Positions 1 through 14,360 of a stretch of DNA of 64,000 nucleotides are shown here, one piece after another. Both the position numbers and the translations under genes were made by a program. Each line of letters begins with the position of its first letter. The stretch's first letter is position 1. The stretch is from the human T2T-CHM13v2.0 reference genome, Homo sapiens. The stretch lies in assembly GCF_009914755.1 (NCBI RefSeq), contig NC_060925.1. One strand, given 5' to 3'. The notes under the pieces were generated by a model. The model saw only the letters and a list, made by a program, of their open reading frames with translations. It searched no databases and was not told the origin of the DNA.

Positions 1-129
1 GGAGACAGATATGAAAACATTGATAAGAGCCACTATCATGAGACTCTCACTCTGGTGGATAAGAGACAAGATTTAGCTCCCTTTTGACAGAGCTCCCAAA
101 TAGATGAAATATGTAACACACTGTATGTC

Positions 130-1800
130 AAGCAATGAAGGACACTGGTCCTGAAAAGATGAAAAAACAACAAGGTGAGCCCTACGATTGCCCCCAGCTC
201 TTTGTATGGTGCAGAGCCCGGCAGACTCCCTGGTTAAGAAACAGAGCTGAGAGACCAGGGAATTCATAGTGCTGGAAATGGTAAGTACATAGGTCAATAT
301 ATATTTTTTCTTCTTATTTAAATATTATAATAAAATTGATTGTTTAAGCAAAAAACAACAATGAATTGTGTGGTTTATAACATATGTAAAAGTAAAATGC
401 ATGACCAACAGGAGCATAAAGGCCGGGAGGGGAGAAAGGGAAGTATGCCATTGTAAGGTGGTTGTGCTATATGAAGCTATGCGTGCAGTTTAGTACTACA
501 CAAAGTGTTATAATATTACCTGTAGGCAGACTGTGGGAAGTTAAAGGTGTATACTATAAAGCCCAAACTAACCATGCAAATAACAAAATGAAAAGTTAAG
601 GTGAATAATCCAGTCAAGTACATGAAAGGGAATCGTAAGAAATATTAGATTAATCTAGAAAAAGGCAGATAAGGTAGAAAAAAGAAACAGAAGAAATGGC
701 ACAAATAGCAAAATGGGAGCTTAATACCTTATCATAGAAATAGCCACATGAAATATAAATGGTCTAAATGCATCTAATTAAAAGGTAGAGATGGATACAT
801 ATTGAATAAAAAGCAAGTTCCATGCTTTTCATGCTGCTACAAGAGATACACTTTAACATAAAGACACAAACAGGTTAAGATATGGAATATATATATTATA
901 TATGTATATATAAATACATTATATATGTATATATGTATTATATGTGTATATATAAATACATTATATATGTGTATATATACACATATGTATATGTAAATAT
1001 ATGTGTATATATACATCTATGTATACATAAATATATATTGCATGTGTATATACATACATTATATGTGTATATGTAAATATATAGATACATAATGCTAATG
1101 AAAATTAAGCTGAAGTGATTATATTAATATCACTCAAAGTTGATTTTAGAGTAAAGAATATTATCAAAGATAGAGGGTTATTTCATAATGATAAAGGGGC
1201 TAATTCATCCAGAGGACACAACAATTCTAAATGTGTAGGCACCTAATAACATAGCTTCAAAATACATGAAGCAAAAACTGACAGAATTGCAAGGAAAAAT
1301 ATACAAATCTATATTTATAATCAGAGATGTCATGCCCTGTCTGTCAATAATTGATAGATATAGTAGATAGAAAATAGAAAGAATATGGAAGATGTGAGCA
1401 GGACTGTCAAGCAACTTGACCTAGTTAACAGTTATATAGTACTCCACCCCAAAACAACAGAAACATATTTATTGCAAGTACACAAGGAACATGTGTAAAA
1501 ATAAAAAGAGCCTTAGTACAAGTCTTAATAACTTTAAAAAGAGTGAAGTTATACAATGTATGTTCTCTGACCAAACTAGAATTAAATTACTAAAAAAAAA
1601 AACTAATATATCACTGGAATCCCCCCCTGAAGTACTTGCAAACTAAACAATACATTTTTAAGTAGCACATTGATTAAGAAATAGATTTAAAAAGAATTAG
1701 AAAATATTTGGAAATGAGGAAACGTCAAAACTGTGAAATTATGTTAAAAGAGTAAGTAAGGGGGAATTTATAGCACTCACCTCCAATGTTAGAAAAGAAG
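130..1800 (+). mobile_element. Old L1 (L1M-type) fragment: inter-ORF region and decayed ORF2 endonuclease start
   Basis: Around 1172-1295 translates as a decayed ORF2 endonuclease (EGYFIMIKGLIHPEDTTILNV*APNNIASKYMKQKLTELQG); A-rich sense strand; boundaries approximate. Confidence 0.8.
882..1088. repeat. (TA/TG/CA)n low-complexity microsatellite inside the L1
   Basis: Alternating tatatgtatatataaatac units. Confidence 0.9.
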
Positions 1801-1829
1801 GCTCAAAGCAATAGCCTTAGATTTCACCA

Positions 1830-2450
1830 GTTTAAGAAATGATTGGATGGTGGTGTCTGCAACTGAGATCAAGGACATAGGAAAAGGAAGAGGTGTGCAG
1901 ATGAGACACACTGAAGGCATCAAGGTGGTTATAAGAATTTGATGATGTATTATTTTCAAAGTAGGGGGCAACCACAGGCAATTATACTAAATATGTAAAG
2001 AATCATCCGTATGTAGGAGGCACTTGAGACACTGGAGTAAATGAGATCATCCAGGGAGAATACATAGCATGGGAAGAGTAGTTAGTGGAAGACTGAACCC
2101 CAAGGGCCACCAGTACTTGAGGGGTAGAAGGAAAACCAGGAGAGGATGGATTGAACAAAAAATGCAGGATCAGAGAGCAGAGCCACCAGAAAGAGGGTGC
2201 AGTGGTGGGGAAGAAAGTATCAGGAACTGAACAGCGTCAAGTGTAGCAGAAAGATTCATTGAGAAAGAGATCACAGTTTCACTTCATTTGGCTTTAGGAA
2301 GCTCTTTGCAACCTTCTTAAGATTTCAGTAAAGTGCTGAGAAGCAGAAGCCAGCCCAAGGAGTTAATGGGAGGCCAGGATGTTGAAATAGTCAATGTAGC
2401 ATTCATTTGAGAAGTTTGGATAAACAGGGGGGAAAGAAAAATTATCTCAA
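1830..2450 (-). mobile_element. L2 fragment
   Basis: atgagatcatccagggagaa...gactgaaccccaagggccaccagtacttga resembles antisense L2; boundaries approximate. Confidence 0.6.
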
Positions 2451-2599
2451 GTATGAAATGTGAGCAAAGAAAAGTTTTCAAAATGGAAAACACTTAAGCA
2501 AGTTTATATAAAGAGTATCAGGAGCCCCTAAAGAGGCAGAGGATAAAGAAGGGGCAGAGAGTGTATAATAAGTAACAATTCAGTAAAAAATATCATACA

Positions 2600-2902
<303 letters not shown>

Positions 2903-3519
2903 TCATACAGGCTGTGCAGTAAACAGTATCAATGGATTGGTAGATCTTTACCAGGAAGAGCCATGCATTGTTCTTTGAGGATAGAAGAATGCTAATGACA
3001 GGGAGGTTGCAGACTGGGGTAAAATTCTCGACACTTAACCATTAACTGCATCTTGTCACTAAGTTGGGGATGGAAACTTTATAAATCATATACGTTTCAT
3101 AAATTATAAAATATGCATTCTCCAAGTAAATTGACTACACAGAAAAAAAATCTTGGCTATGACCTTGGATGGTTTTATATTTTTAAAATGTCTCTTATAA
3201 ATATCCTCATGTATGACTTAGGGTTCCCAAAACATTATAAACCCTATAACGTTATTCAGTCCAGTATAAAAATTAGTGTCTGCTTCCTAAGTGTCTACCA
3301 GCTGGAAAGATGGGTGGGGCAATGAGGAATTGTGTCAGTCGGTGGAGGTCTATCCACTCACTGGGAAGACCATAAAGAGCGGATGAACTTAGAAGTTGTT
3401 GGTACTTTTGCAATAATCAAAAGAGTAGACTTTAAACCAAAAGCAAGATACTCTTCTCTTTTCAAATTGGCCAAGAATCAATAAAGATAATTTATATGCA
3501 ACAGTAAAAATCTGGCCAC

Positions 3520-3710
3520 GGAGCCAGAGCTTAGGTTTGAATCTTACCTGACCGTCTGCAACTTTAACTCTCTGAGCCTCAGTTTCCTTACCTATAGCAT
3601 GAGAATAATAACAGTACCTACTTCTTCCAGGGCTGAAATAACACAAGCCAGGATCTTAGGACAGGGCCTAGCACAGGTAAGCATGCAATAAAAGCTACTT
3701 GTGGTTACTC
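3520..3710 (+). mobile_element. MIR
   Basis: Core ctctctgagcctcagtttcctt...aataataacagtacctac. Confidence 0.75.
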
Positions 3711-3719
3711 AGGCATTGG

Positions 3720-4340
3720 CGGATTGTGAACTGGCACAACCTTCATGAAAAACAGTTTGGCAATACATGTTAAGAGGTTATAAAAAGTAATTGCTTGTAT
3801 AGGTATCTATCCTAAGGATGTAATGAAAAAATTATTGAACAAAGAAATCATGTTTGTCATCTTCTCTGCTATTTCTCCAGCGGTTACCACAGAACCGAGT
3901 TCAGAGGAAACAGACGATGAATATTTGTTGAACGCATAAACAAAGATTTATGAAGGAAGATGTTTATGGTAGCGTTATTTACGAGAGAAACTTGATGAAT
4001 GGCTTCATAAATCATGGCAACCCATATGATGGAATAGTATGCAACCAATGAAATGACATTGTGAGGAATATTTAATAAAAGCACAATGTTTTCACAGCAT
4101 AATGGTACGGAAGGAAAAACAACTAAGATGCAGAAGTCTACGTGCAGTATCATCCCAATTTTGTAATACATGTATATGTACAGACAGAGAAGCAAGAAAG
4201 AAAAATAGCCACTAGATTTAACTCTGGGTCGTTGGCCATAGGCCATTTCTTTTTGCTCTTTATATGTCTCTGTGTTTTCTTATTTTCTACAAGTATACAT
4301 TATTTTTGTAACCAGCAGAGGAATGTTCTTTAAACATATA
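3720..4340 (+). mobile_element. Old L1 (L1ME-like) 3' fragment with a short L2 tail near 3870-3940
   Basis: actggcacaaccttcatgaaaaacagtttggcaata and gatggaatagtatgcaacca are L1 3' motifs. Confidence 0.55.
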
Positions 4341-5469
4341 TTGGCAAAAAATCATTATGGATAGTTGAAAAGAATTAGTAATCTACAGTCAATAAAGAAA
4401 CCCTACAGAATTGGGCAACAAGAGTCCATGGGTAAGAATGTTTTATTTCTTAGGGTTTAAAAAATGAACACAATGCTCAGGTTTATGCATGGAATATGGT
4501 GAGAGGAAACAGCCAATCAAAACACGTTGTGAAGCATCATCTGAAAGTGTAGAGCCCATCGGTTAATGTAAAAGCAGGTGAGAGTTTTATTCCTAAGGAA
4601 TGCTCCCTTGAATCATTTATTGCAAGCTGACCTTCTTGTATGAAATGGGGAGCTTTGCAACCTAATTTAAATTTCTAATGTGCCTGGTGCTTATTCTCAG
4701 TTATTTTTTATGTTTAAAATCCATTAGTATAGATGAAGAAATAGGCTTCTATTTTATGTACCTAGTTCTATATTATTTTTGTGCATTTATAACTGGCCTC
4801 TGGAGCTTAGTCCCCCCTTCATGATTTAGCTATGCAAGATGTTACACTAATTTATTAGAAGAAGGTTGAGGAACAGACTCTGCATATTAACTGTGAAGGT
4901 TTTTCTGCAAAGGCCTCAACAAGAAAGAAGGGCATCCCTTACCTTGTGCCAGATGCGTGCTTGCAAATAATTTTCATGGTTAGCATGTTGGTTCATTAAT
5001 TCCCAAACTAGACTGGATCTTGTAAAATCTCAGGGAAACTTGTGACTGATGACCGATTTTCATATTTATCGTTTTGAATGGTGTGATCGAATCGGGGCTG
5101 CCACAAAACACTCTCTGAGGCACGGGGACAGGTCTCTTGGGTGTCCAAACTGACCCAGTATTCATGAAGTCCCAAAGTCTTAGATTCAGATGAGGATTCC
5201 ACAGAGAAGTCCACTGCCTTCAAAGGTGCTTGCCTCTTTAGCCAACAATTCCCTAGAATGTAAAGAGCCTAGAGAATGTGTTTCTTTTCAGAAATTTGAG
5301 GGAGGGTGCCAAAACAAAGACTAGTGTCCCCCAGGGCTACCTGCCCCGCAAACGGTGGCTCCTCCCTGCATATCCCCTCCCCTTCACACACTCCAAGGCA
5401 CACTCTGGTGCAAATTATGAAGGAATTTGCTCGTGGAAAAATGATCAGGGAGGATGCTATGCATGGTGG

Positions 5470-6182
5470 TGGCATAATTTCTCATCCCGTTTATGGTTCC
5501 TTTGGGAGATCCCTCCACCCCCTGCTCTCGGGGTCCTAAATTATAGATCCCCATCACCTTCCTCAGCACCTTAGAAGTGGCCCCAGAATCCAAGCTGGCC
5601 AATGAGACTATTTCACTCCTTTGGCCACAGCAATTGAGCCAAGGATGGCCATGTGGCCTCAGTAGGGCCAGAGACTCCTGCATTATTGAGACTTTGGAGA
5701 CAGCTGTCCTCTTCCATTTAGTTGGGAGGGAGAGAAATCTCGGAGGTTGAGCACTTGGGTTCCAGCTGTAGTTCTGTCATTTCCCAAAGTATGAGCTGAG
5801 AAAGCTGGTCTTCAGTCTCGCCACCTGTGAAAAGAGCTAATGATTGTACTCTCCCTCTTGGGAGCATGCTGAAGATGGAATGCTGCTTAATGATACCTGC
5901 CACAGTGCAGGCACTGACCAAGCCTTAGCTCATAACAGTGTCTTCATTATCCTGCCTGCTACATGCAGGGGGTTGCCAGGGAATCAGATCAAGCAAAGAT
6001 AAGCAGATCTGAGGAATAACAGGGAAATAAGTCATGCACGTGCCTGGATTCCTGCACCCAGCATCCTGTGGAGTCTGCCTACTACAGCCTCTCCAAGAAC
6101 TTGAATGAAAACATCTGCCTCTGCTTAAGCCAGTGTAAGTCAGGTGTTCTTCACTTGCAATGATCACTATAAAGTAATACAC
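5470..6182 (+). mobile_element. Ancient ERVL LTR (LTR16-like)
   Basis: ggccacagcaattgagccaaggatggccatgtg; 3' end tgcttaagccagtg...cacttgcaa...taataca. Confidence 0.45.
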
Positions 6183-6814
6183 AACCTGATCTTTGAAAAC
6201 CAAAAATGTTTGTTTCAAGTTATTCCATTGCTTTTGCCTCCATGAAAGAAGATCCTTTTTGAAAAATTTTCTGAGAGAGAAACATTAGGGTTGAATTTCC
6301 TTTCTGACACAAGTCCTGGAACTCACCACACTGTGAGTCAACTGGAAGTGATGGAGCTGGTCATCTGGTGGTTTTTCTCTGTTTCTGGAATATATTGTCC
6401 TTTTAACAGCAAGTGCTATTTGTATTTGCTGCAAGTAGAATTTTCTATTACTCTTTTGACATTGAGATCACTCATTGCTTTTTATTATGCTCTGGATTTA
6501 GAAAGAAATATGCTCCTGATAGCAGCTTTATTTGAATTCTTCTGCTTAGGTTAATAGCAAATAAAAGCCAAGACCACTACCAGATCCAAACCAACAAAAC
6601 TGAGCTTGTTCTCAAGGAGGTAGCCACTTATGACTCTGATTTCTTTCACCCACACTGTGTTTACAATCTTTATGGCTGGATATTAGTAGTCTTTCAAAGA
6701 TGTTTGCCTCCGTTGTAACTGAAGCAGTGCCTGGCCAATAGAGATAAACTCTCCTTTATCTGATTCTAAACTAGAAACCACTTCTTGAGTCAGGTACTAG
6801 GCCCAGCCCCTTAT

Positions 6815-6995
6815 CTACATAATTTTAATTAACACTTCTCACAACTCTGAGATGCAGGCGATACATCCCCATTTTACTGACAAGCAAACATACACACCTG
6901 AGGCTTGGAAAGCTGAAAAGCCAGGCCCAAGGGGAAGAGCAAAGAGACAGCTGCAGGATTGAGACCCAGGCCCATCTCAGCTGGGAGATTCTTCT
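6815..6995 (-). mobile_element. MIR
   Basis: ctcacaactctgagatgcagg...catccccattttac...gaggctt. Confidence 0.6.
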
Positions 6996-7959
6996 CAACT
7001 CCACCACTGTTCAATATCAGGGTCACGGGAGTCCCCAGACCAGTGTGTTCCACATGAAAACCTGGTAACTAACAGGCAAGTGGCAAGTTCCACTGGCAAG
7101 TGGTTCCCAACCCCACTCCTGCATTTTGACTAAGCTTCAAGTATGTAGCGGTGTAGATACAGAGAGCACAGTCAGGAGAATCAGGCAACCTCTGAGTGCA
7201 AGAGCCTCTGCAGGGACATTTATGTGCACTTGAGAGGCATTACAACCAATGAGAATCTCTCTCAGTTCCATGCTGCACAACTCTTCCAGGCCCCAGAGCT
7301 GTGGCCGCCGCCTCCTCCAGGTGCTCAGATGTGGCTGCACATAAGACATGCTTAGCTACCCAATCTCCTCCTTTTTCTCCTCCTTCCACTTTTCCTTCTC
7401 CTCTTCCTCCTTTTTCTTTTACTCTAGCTAACCCTATACCCTATAGGGATCAGTCCTACACATTCAAAGGTTTATTGGGTATTTTCTATTCCCTTCATAC
7501 AAATCAGGGAGAAGGATGAGATAAAAACCACAGATCAGCCCTTCCCTCCTGTGGCTCAGATACAGCCCTTTGTGCAGTGAATCCTCAATGTCCTCATTGA
7601 TCCTCTAGGAGAGATCTGGCAATGGCCCTTCAGCAGGCCAGAAATAATGTTGTTCTTGCAGAGGCATAAAAGGTGAGGGTTTCCATCTCTGTTGACAATA
7701 GCTCTTAGTTTGAGCTACTCCTCAAACTTAGCAGTGTTCTGACTCCTGGGCCATCTCACAAAACTCTGTGGGGGTCAAGCCAAGACTTTCTTAGACCCAA
7801 ATTTGGGTAACTTTGGACTCAAAATAAATGTATTGTGTCACTCTTCCTGGAAATATAAATACCCTAACCACATCTAACATACACTAAATAAGCCAAAAGA
7901 CCAAGTGAGGTGGCCAGAGATAGTGCCAGACCTCAGATCTGGAGAAGAGGCAATACAAC

Positions 7960-8625
7960 TTTGGAAAACCCAGGGGATCACCTGGAGTTAGCCAAACTGC
8001 AGGGTTGAAGGCATGGTCTTCTCCAAGACTGTCCTCACATCTGACACCAAATGCACATTAAGGGGGTCTCCAAAACCACCCTCCAGGTCAATAATGCTTT
8101 AGAAGGATTCATAGAACTCATTGAAAGCTGTTATACTCATTGTTATGGTGTATTCCAGGAAAAGAATACAAATTTCCACAAGCCGAAAGAAGCACAGAGG
8201 GCAGACCAGAGTTTAGGAGTCTCCAAAATGTGAACCTTCTGCTGATGCCTTCCCCTGGCACCAGCACATGTTACTCTCCTGCATGGATGTGTGACCACAC
8301 ACATAGAGTACTGCCAACCAGGGAAGCTCCCCTGAGCATCAGTGTCCAGAGTTTTTATTGGGTCTTCATTACATATACATGATTGGTTGACTGCTTGCCC
8401 ACACAGCTGAACTCAGTCTCCAGGTCAACTGATGCCCTGATGCCAGCTGCCACCCCAGATCACATGGTCAGTCTTTTTTGACATGGTCATCCTCCACCCT
8501 AGGATCTGGTGTGGCCAGCAGCCATGCTAAACAAACATCCTCCTGTCATGTTGTATACATATTACTTTCCAGAAATTGAGGACCAAACCACTCTCTCTGG
8601 CCAAGACCAAATTCTTTATGACACA
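7960..8625 (-). mobile_element. ERVL-class LTR (MER21C/MER68/MER77 group)
   Basis: tctgacaccaaatgca...ccaccctccaggtcaataatgctttagaaggattcatagaactcattgaaagctgttatactca. Confidence 0.6.
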
Positions 8626-10514
8626 GAGGTGGGAATGTGGTCCTTGGGTTGGTGTGGTATGAGAACGCTGTTGCTGGCACGGCAATGAGTGTGTGGAATG
8701 AAGAGGTTGATTTAAGATAAATGACATTAGGTTCCAAAAATGTGTCAACAAAAGTGGCCACTCAAATTCAAGAATGAGTGGGATGGAAACAATCAAAGGG
8801 AAGTTAGGGAAGGGCAAGGGGTATCACTAATATACAAAAGAGCAATGTTGAAAAATCCTCAAGAATCAGAATCTTAGAATGGATGGGGTCAGTTGGCACA
8901 GAAACAAGTCATTGTTATTCTAGAGTTGTTAATTGCAGCCTCCTCTCCTCTCCTCTCCTCTCCCACACGTGAACTCCCCAGCAGCTGAGGGCTAACCCTG
9001 CCACGATTTACCCATCCTTCTCTGCAATCAGAGATAATGCATTCCTAAACACAGTGCTGCAAAGACCAACTAATTATAATGCAGTTGCTTGCCCTTATTT
9101 TATTCTCTGTATTTCTCTGCTTATTGAATTGAGAATTGTAACCCTATTATTAATTCATTAAGAAACATAATTTCATGCAAAATAATGTGTTTACCCTCTT
9201 CTACTAGGTTAAGGTGGTGTGATTATTAGAGCTGTATCAGGCAATGAGATACTCACTCCCCAGGGGGCTTAAGGAACCACTTAATTTCTCTTCAATCAGA
9301 TGCATGGAGCCAAGGACAGTTGACTGTAATTCTGATGCTTTGGCACATCTTCTACTAGGATCTAAGCGAGATATGTGCTGGAAGATATTAAATGAGAGGA
9401 AGATGCTTGAGAAAATATTGTTTAATCATATTTTTATATGGTTGGTATGAGATGATCTTCACTTCTGAGCCTGGTGTTGCATGAAAGGGTTCATTTACAT
9501 CTCATAAGCTCTTAGGGAAAGGAGAACCATTGAATTTTCTGTTTTATGAGGATCTCAGTAAAAAACATGAGATTTCATTTTAGATGAATGAGTAACTGAT
9601 GTTGTAAGGACCCAGCAAGGAAACAAGGTCCAGGAAGAAGTAACTCTGCCATCCCCAGACCTCTAAATAGCTGACCCTCAGGTCTTCCCCAGGAAAGACC
9701 CTTACTAAAGGCCCCCCTCCACCTTTTGGAGACTTCCATTTGCATGATCCTGAGCCCAGAATGCTCGGAGGAAATTTCAGGACTCTCAGGCACTCCTGTA
9801 TGCTAACTCTTCCATGCTAGCCTGGGGTGATGGTACTGTTTCAGGACTTGAATTACAGTCTCAGGTTGGAGGACAATGAGAGGAAGGGGCTTTTTCATTT
9901 TTGCCATTTTTCTTCTTAAAAAATATTTCACTAGTTCTTCATAATGTTTGACTTCTGGAGTTGGACATCGGGTCCTTCTGACACAAAGGAGAAAACAAAT
10001 GGACATGGAAAAACAGCAGAAATGCTCCCGAAAGCCAAATGGTCAGTAAAAGAGAAATGGCTCTCCATGTGCACAAGCATAAACCACAGATGCAGAGAGA
10101 GACAGGAAACCGAGGGAGAGAGAGAAAAAGAATAACTTTACCAATTGTACCAAAACAGGAAATATTACAGCAGAGAGTGGTGCTTAGGGCTGTCAAGGAG
10201 AATACTTTCTGTTCTCTATTAATGTGCTCTGTTCTCTCTCCCTCTAATGACTAATCTTGTTTTTCCTGTGGATGCTTTTTCAATAGGCCCTCCTTTGGTT
10301 TGTTTTCTATTTGTGCCTGTTGATAACTCTTCTGCTTTTTATGGGCCGTCTGTCTCAGGGCAACCTAGGACTCTTTGGATTGGATCCATGGTGTGAATGG
10401 AGGCAGCACCCTCTGCTCAGATGTGTCCTAGGCTCAGACTCAAGTTACTGGGCCTCTGGACTGGGCTCTGCACAAAACAGCCATGTGACCCAGGTCACTT
10501 CATCTGAGTGTCAG

Positions 10515-10874
10515 TGTCTTTGCCAGCTCGGGCTATTGTAACAAATTACTGCAGACTGGGTGGCTGAAACAAGAAACATATACTTCTCACAGTTCCGGAG
10601 GTTGGGAAGTCCAAGATCCAGGTGCCAGCATGGGTGGGTTCTGGGGAGGGCCATTGTCTAGGCTGCAGTTACCCACCTTCTCACTGTATCCTCACATGGT
10701 GGAAGGGGAAGGGAACACTCTAGGGTCTCTTTTACAAAGGCACTAATCCCATTCACGAGGGGTCTGTCCTCACAACCTCATCACCTCCCAGTGGCCATCT
10801 CCTAGTAACATTGCATTGGGGGCTAAAATTTCAACATATGAGTTTGGAGGAACACAAACATGCAGTTCATTGCA
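10515..10874 (-). mobile_element. MLT1A/MLT1A0 MaLR solo LTR inserted in a MIR (about 10430-11000)
   Basis: gggctattgtaacaaattactgcagactgggtggc...ttctcacagttccggaggttgggaagtccaagatc...ggcactaatcccattcacgagg; TG...CA ends. Confidence 0.85.
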
Positions 10875-11331
10875 CTTCGTTTCCCTGGTACCAAACTGCA
10901 GCAAGAAGGTAGGACTAAAGTAGCCTATCTATTTTATAAGGTTGTTGTGAGAAACCTATTTAAAAATCAAACTCTGTTATGTAAACGCAAATGGTATATT
11001 TTTATGAGTTAAACCTTGGTGGCCTCATAGGAAGACACTTGGTCATTCTATGATCATTCTATCTCTGGGAGCTTAGGGATATCCTGGGACCTATTGCTTA
11101 AGGATAAGTGGAGTTCAGACCCTTGGGGAGGACACTACCTAGAGCAGATGTCACATGAGGCTGGGTGTCTACCTCTCAGAAACCATGAGATCCACATCCA
11201 AAGCTTGCCTCCTTCTCCCTTGGAGATGTGCCTACATGGAGCCCCAGGTAATGTCACTCCACTACAACATGAATAAACTAATGAGGAATAAGTTTTGGAC
11301 GAAGAGAAACGTCCATCAAGTTCTCATGCTG

Positions 11332-11523
11332 AGTCAGTATGTGTGCTACACTAGTCAGTATGTGTGCCAGGGAGCCTCACCTGTGCACCTATGCAGATCC
11401 TGAACCGCCCCTCTAGTCAGTATGTGTGCCAGTGAACCTAGTCAGTACGTGTACTCATGGTCAGGAGTCAGTATGTGTGCCAGGGAGCCTCACCTGTGCC
11501 CCTGTGCAGATCCTGAACTGCTC
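11332..11523. repeat. Complex local duplication: five copies of AGTCAGTA(T/C)GTGT and two copies of a ~55-bp block
   Basis: Motif at 11332, 11353, 11415, 11440 and 11466; blocks 11353-11410 and 11466-11523 are nearly identical. Confidence 0.85.
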
Positions 11524-11676
11524 ACTCTCCTCCTACTCTCAGGGAGCTGCAAGTCCCACTGCAGAAAACCCAGGGCATGCTACCTGCTGGTCTGAGGGGT
11601 ATGTTAAAATAAGGTAGTAGTGTTGCCTCTAAGATCCCGAGAGACCAGGGTCAGGGAGCACCTTTGGACTGATGGG

Positions 11677-11850
11677 TGTCTTACCACTTGGGTTTACCCC
11701 TAAAGCAGAGCCTTGAACAAGGGCTTGGTGCTGGTGGTTTATTTGGGAGCAGAACCCAAGGAAAAGAGTGAGGGAGTAAGGAGAATGGGACCTTTAAGGA
11801 GAAGAAAAAGACAACTTAAATGAGCACTGTTGATGATGCCCCTGGCGACC
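11677..11850 (-). mobile_element. LTR33/LTR16-like ERVL LTR fragment
   Basis: gggtttacccctaaagcagagccttgaacaagggcttgg...gtttatttgggag. Confidence 0.45.
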
Positions 11851-12454
11851 AATTCTGCCAACCAATAGGGCACCCAACATCTCCCACAGTCCATCGATGG
11901 AGGGGGCACCCACCACGACCTCCTGCCCTCAAGCTGTGCCTGTGCCCCTGCTGAGGGGGCACCCTGCCCTGTCACAGCAGAATGTTCCAGGACGAGGTGG
12001 AACTGTTCACTCATGGTGGCTGGAATTAGGTGTGGTGGGCATGGCAGGGTGAGGGGACAGTGCTGGAGCCCTGGGATACAGGGAGCCCTTGGGCAGTGAC
12101 AGGAAGGAGCTGGGTGAGCTCACAGGGAGGGGAAGCAGACTGTCCAGCTGGGGCAGAGGCCTGGGTAGATGAACTGCTCCCGACTGCCGTCCCACAGTGG
12201 TTACTCAGGGGCCGGGGCCCAGCCCCCTGTGTGGCTCCTTCAGCTCCAAAGCCCGTGGTGCCTGCAGGCCTCCTGCATCTGTGGCATGTCCTACTGGGCT
12301 ACTGGCCTCTCTCTGTTGATCTTTCTTCAGTGGCCAGAGGGCAGGTGGGGCAGCCCCGCAACCCAAGGAAACATCTACCCTCCTTCTGTGTCTCCAGATT
12401 CTCCTTGACAAGAGGTCAAGGTCGTTGCAGTCAAGCCCATGGAAGCCTGGGTAA

Positions 12455-12859
<405 letters not shown>

Positions 12860-13437
12860 TGTTGTGGGATTCTTTATGGCCCCACTTGGAACGCACCCCA
12901 AAGCCAGAAAAGAATTCTCCATGAAGCAATCATTTCTGCTTCCCCACCTGTACTTTCAGAAATACTGGTCACATGAATGGCCCATCTCCATCGTCCTCCC
13001 CAGCCACAGCGGAGTGTCCACAGAGGACAGTCTTGGATGGCACAGAGTGAGTCTCTGAGGTAGGACTCTGTTGATTTAGTCCCACTGAGGCTGCTCTCCA
13101 CCACCTGGCACTCAAACATCAGCCGGCTTCACCATTCCAAAAGTGACCAAGACTCTCCCCTGCTCTGCAGTGTCATTCAGAGCTGAGGATGCACAAGATG
13201 GTGTCCAGCTGACCCCTTGCTCACTGTTGAGGCTGTCAGCCTTGTTCCATCGTAGGGCACCAGGCTTCTTATAAATACTGGAGGACAGAGCTTGTTTTGT
13301 GCTCTCCATGGCATGGACCAGGACAACTCATTGCCATTTACTGCATGAAATGTTGCTTGACTTCACCTGGACATAATCGCTCCCTTCTGAACTTCCATGG
13401 GTCTTTGTTTCTCTTTAATGGCACCAATGCTGTCCTA

Positions 13438-13690
13438 CCAGGGTGGGCTACATCTTTTGCAGAGCCCAAGACAAAATGAAAATATGGGGCCTCTTGTTCA
13501 AAAGCAGCAAACAAGTGCCATTAAAGAGATTGAAACGGAAAGCGTTTGCCTTTTTTCTGCAGTCTCTCTCTTAATTTGTCACGGTGTGTTCTATTTTCTC
13601 TTTAAGTAAAGAATAATTGAAATCTGAAACTATTAATATGAATTTTACCATTCCTCTTTATAACATGCAATGCCAGTTTCTTTCTTTCTT

Positions 13691-13724
<34 letters not shown>

Positions 13725-14360
13725 AGATGGAGTCTTGCTCTGTCTCCCAGGCTGGAGTGCAGTGGCACAATCTCGGCTCACTGCAAACTCTGCCTCCCAG
13801 GTTCAAGCAATTCTCTGCCTCAACCTCAACCTCCCAAGTAGCTGGGATTACAGGAGCCCGCCATCACACATGGCTAATTTTTGTATTTTTAGTAGAGACG
13901 GGGTTTCACCATCTTGGCCATGCTGGTCTTGCACTCCTGACCTCGTGATCTGCCCGCCTCGGCCTCCCAAAGTGCTCAGATTACAGGCGTGAGCCACCCT
14001 GCCCTGCCGCAATGCCAGTTCTAAATGCAAAAATAAGAGCATTAAACTCATAGGCAGATTCACCAAACTTACACAATTTGTATTTCATAGTTCATGGCTG
14101 TGTGACCTTGTGCCCATCACAAGCACTGCATGTAAATGTGGGGGGCAAGGAACAGTGGCCTTCATGAGTATTGCAAGTATTTCCTTTCCTTGTGCAGCGC
14201 AATGTTGCTCCATTGTCCGGTGATACTTCACCTTAAAAACACAAGCTCAAAGACAAAATTATAAATCATTTCATGATGGCAGCAGCTAACTGACCTTTAG
14301 CCTTTCTGCACATGAAGCTCTGGGTGACTGAACAGGTCACATGCCCCTGAAGTGGCCCCA
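13438..14360. mobile_element. MER45-family hAT DNA transposon relic interrupted by an Alu
   Basis: gcagagcccaagacaaaatgaaaatatggggcctcttgttcaaaa at the left end; gtgactgaacaggtcacatgcccctgaag at the right end. Confidence 0.6.
13681..14008 (-). mobile_element. AluS (Sg-like)
   Basis: Full antisense dimer with long T tract; TSD gcaatgccagtt at 13667 and 14009. Confidence 0.95.

Noticed and set aside
1090-1800. Functional L1 ORF2 endonuclease
   Set aside because: Contains stops and frameshifts; an inactive fossil fragment.
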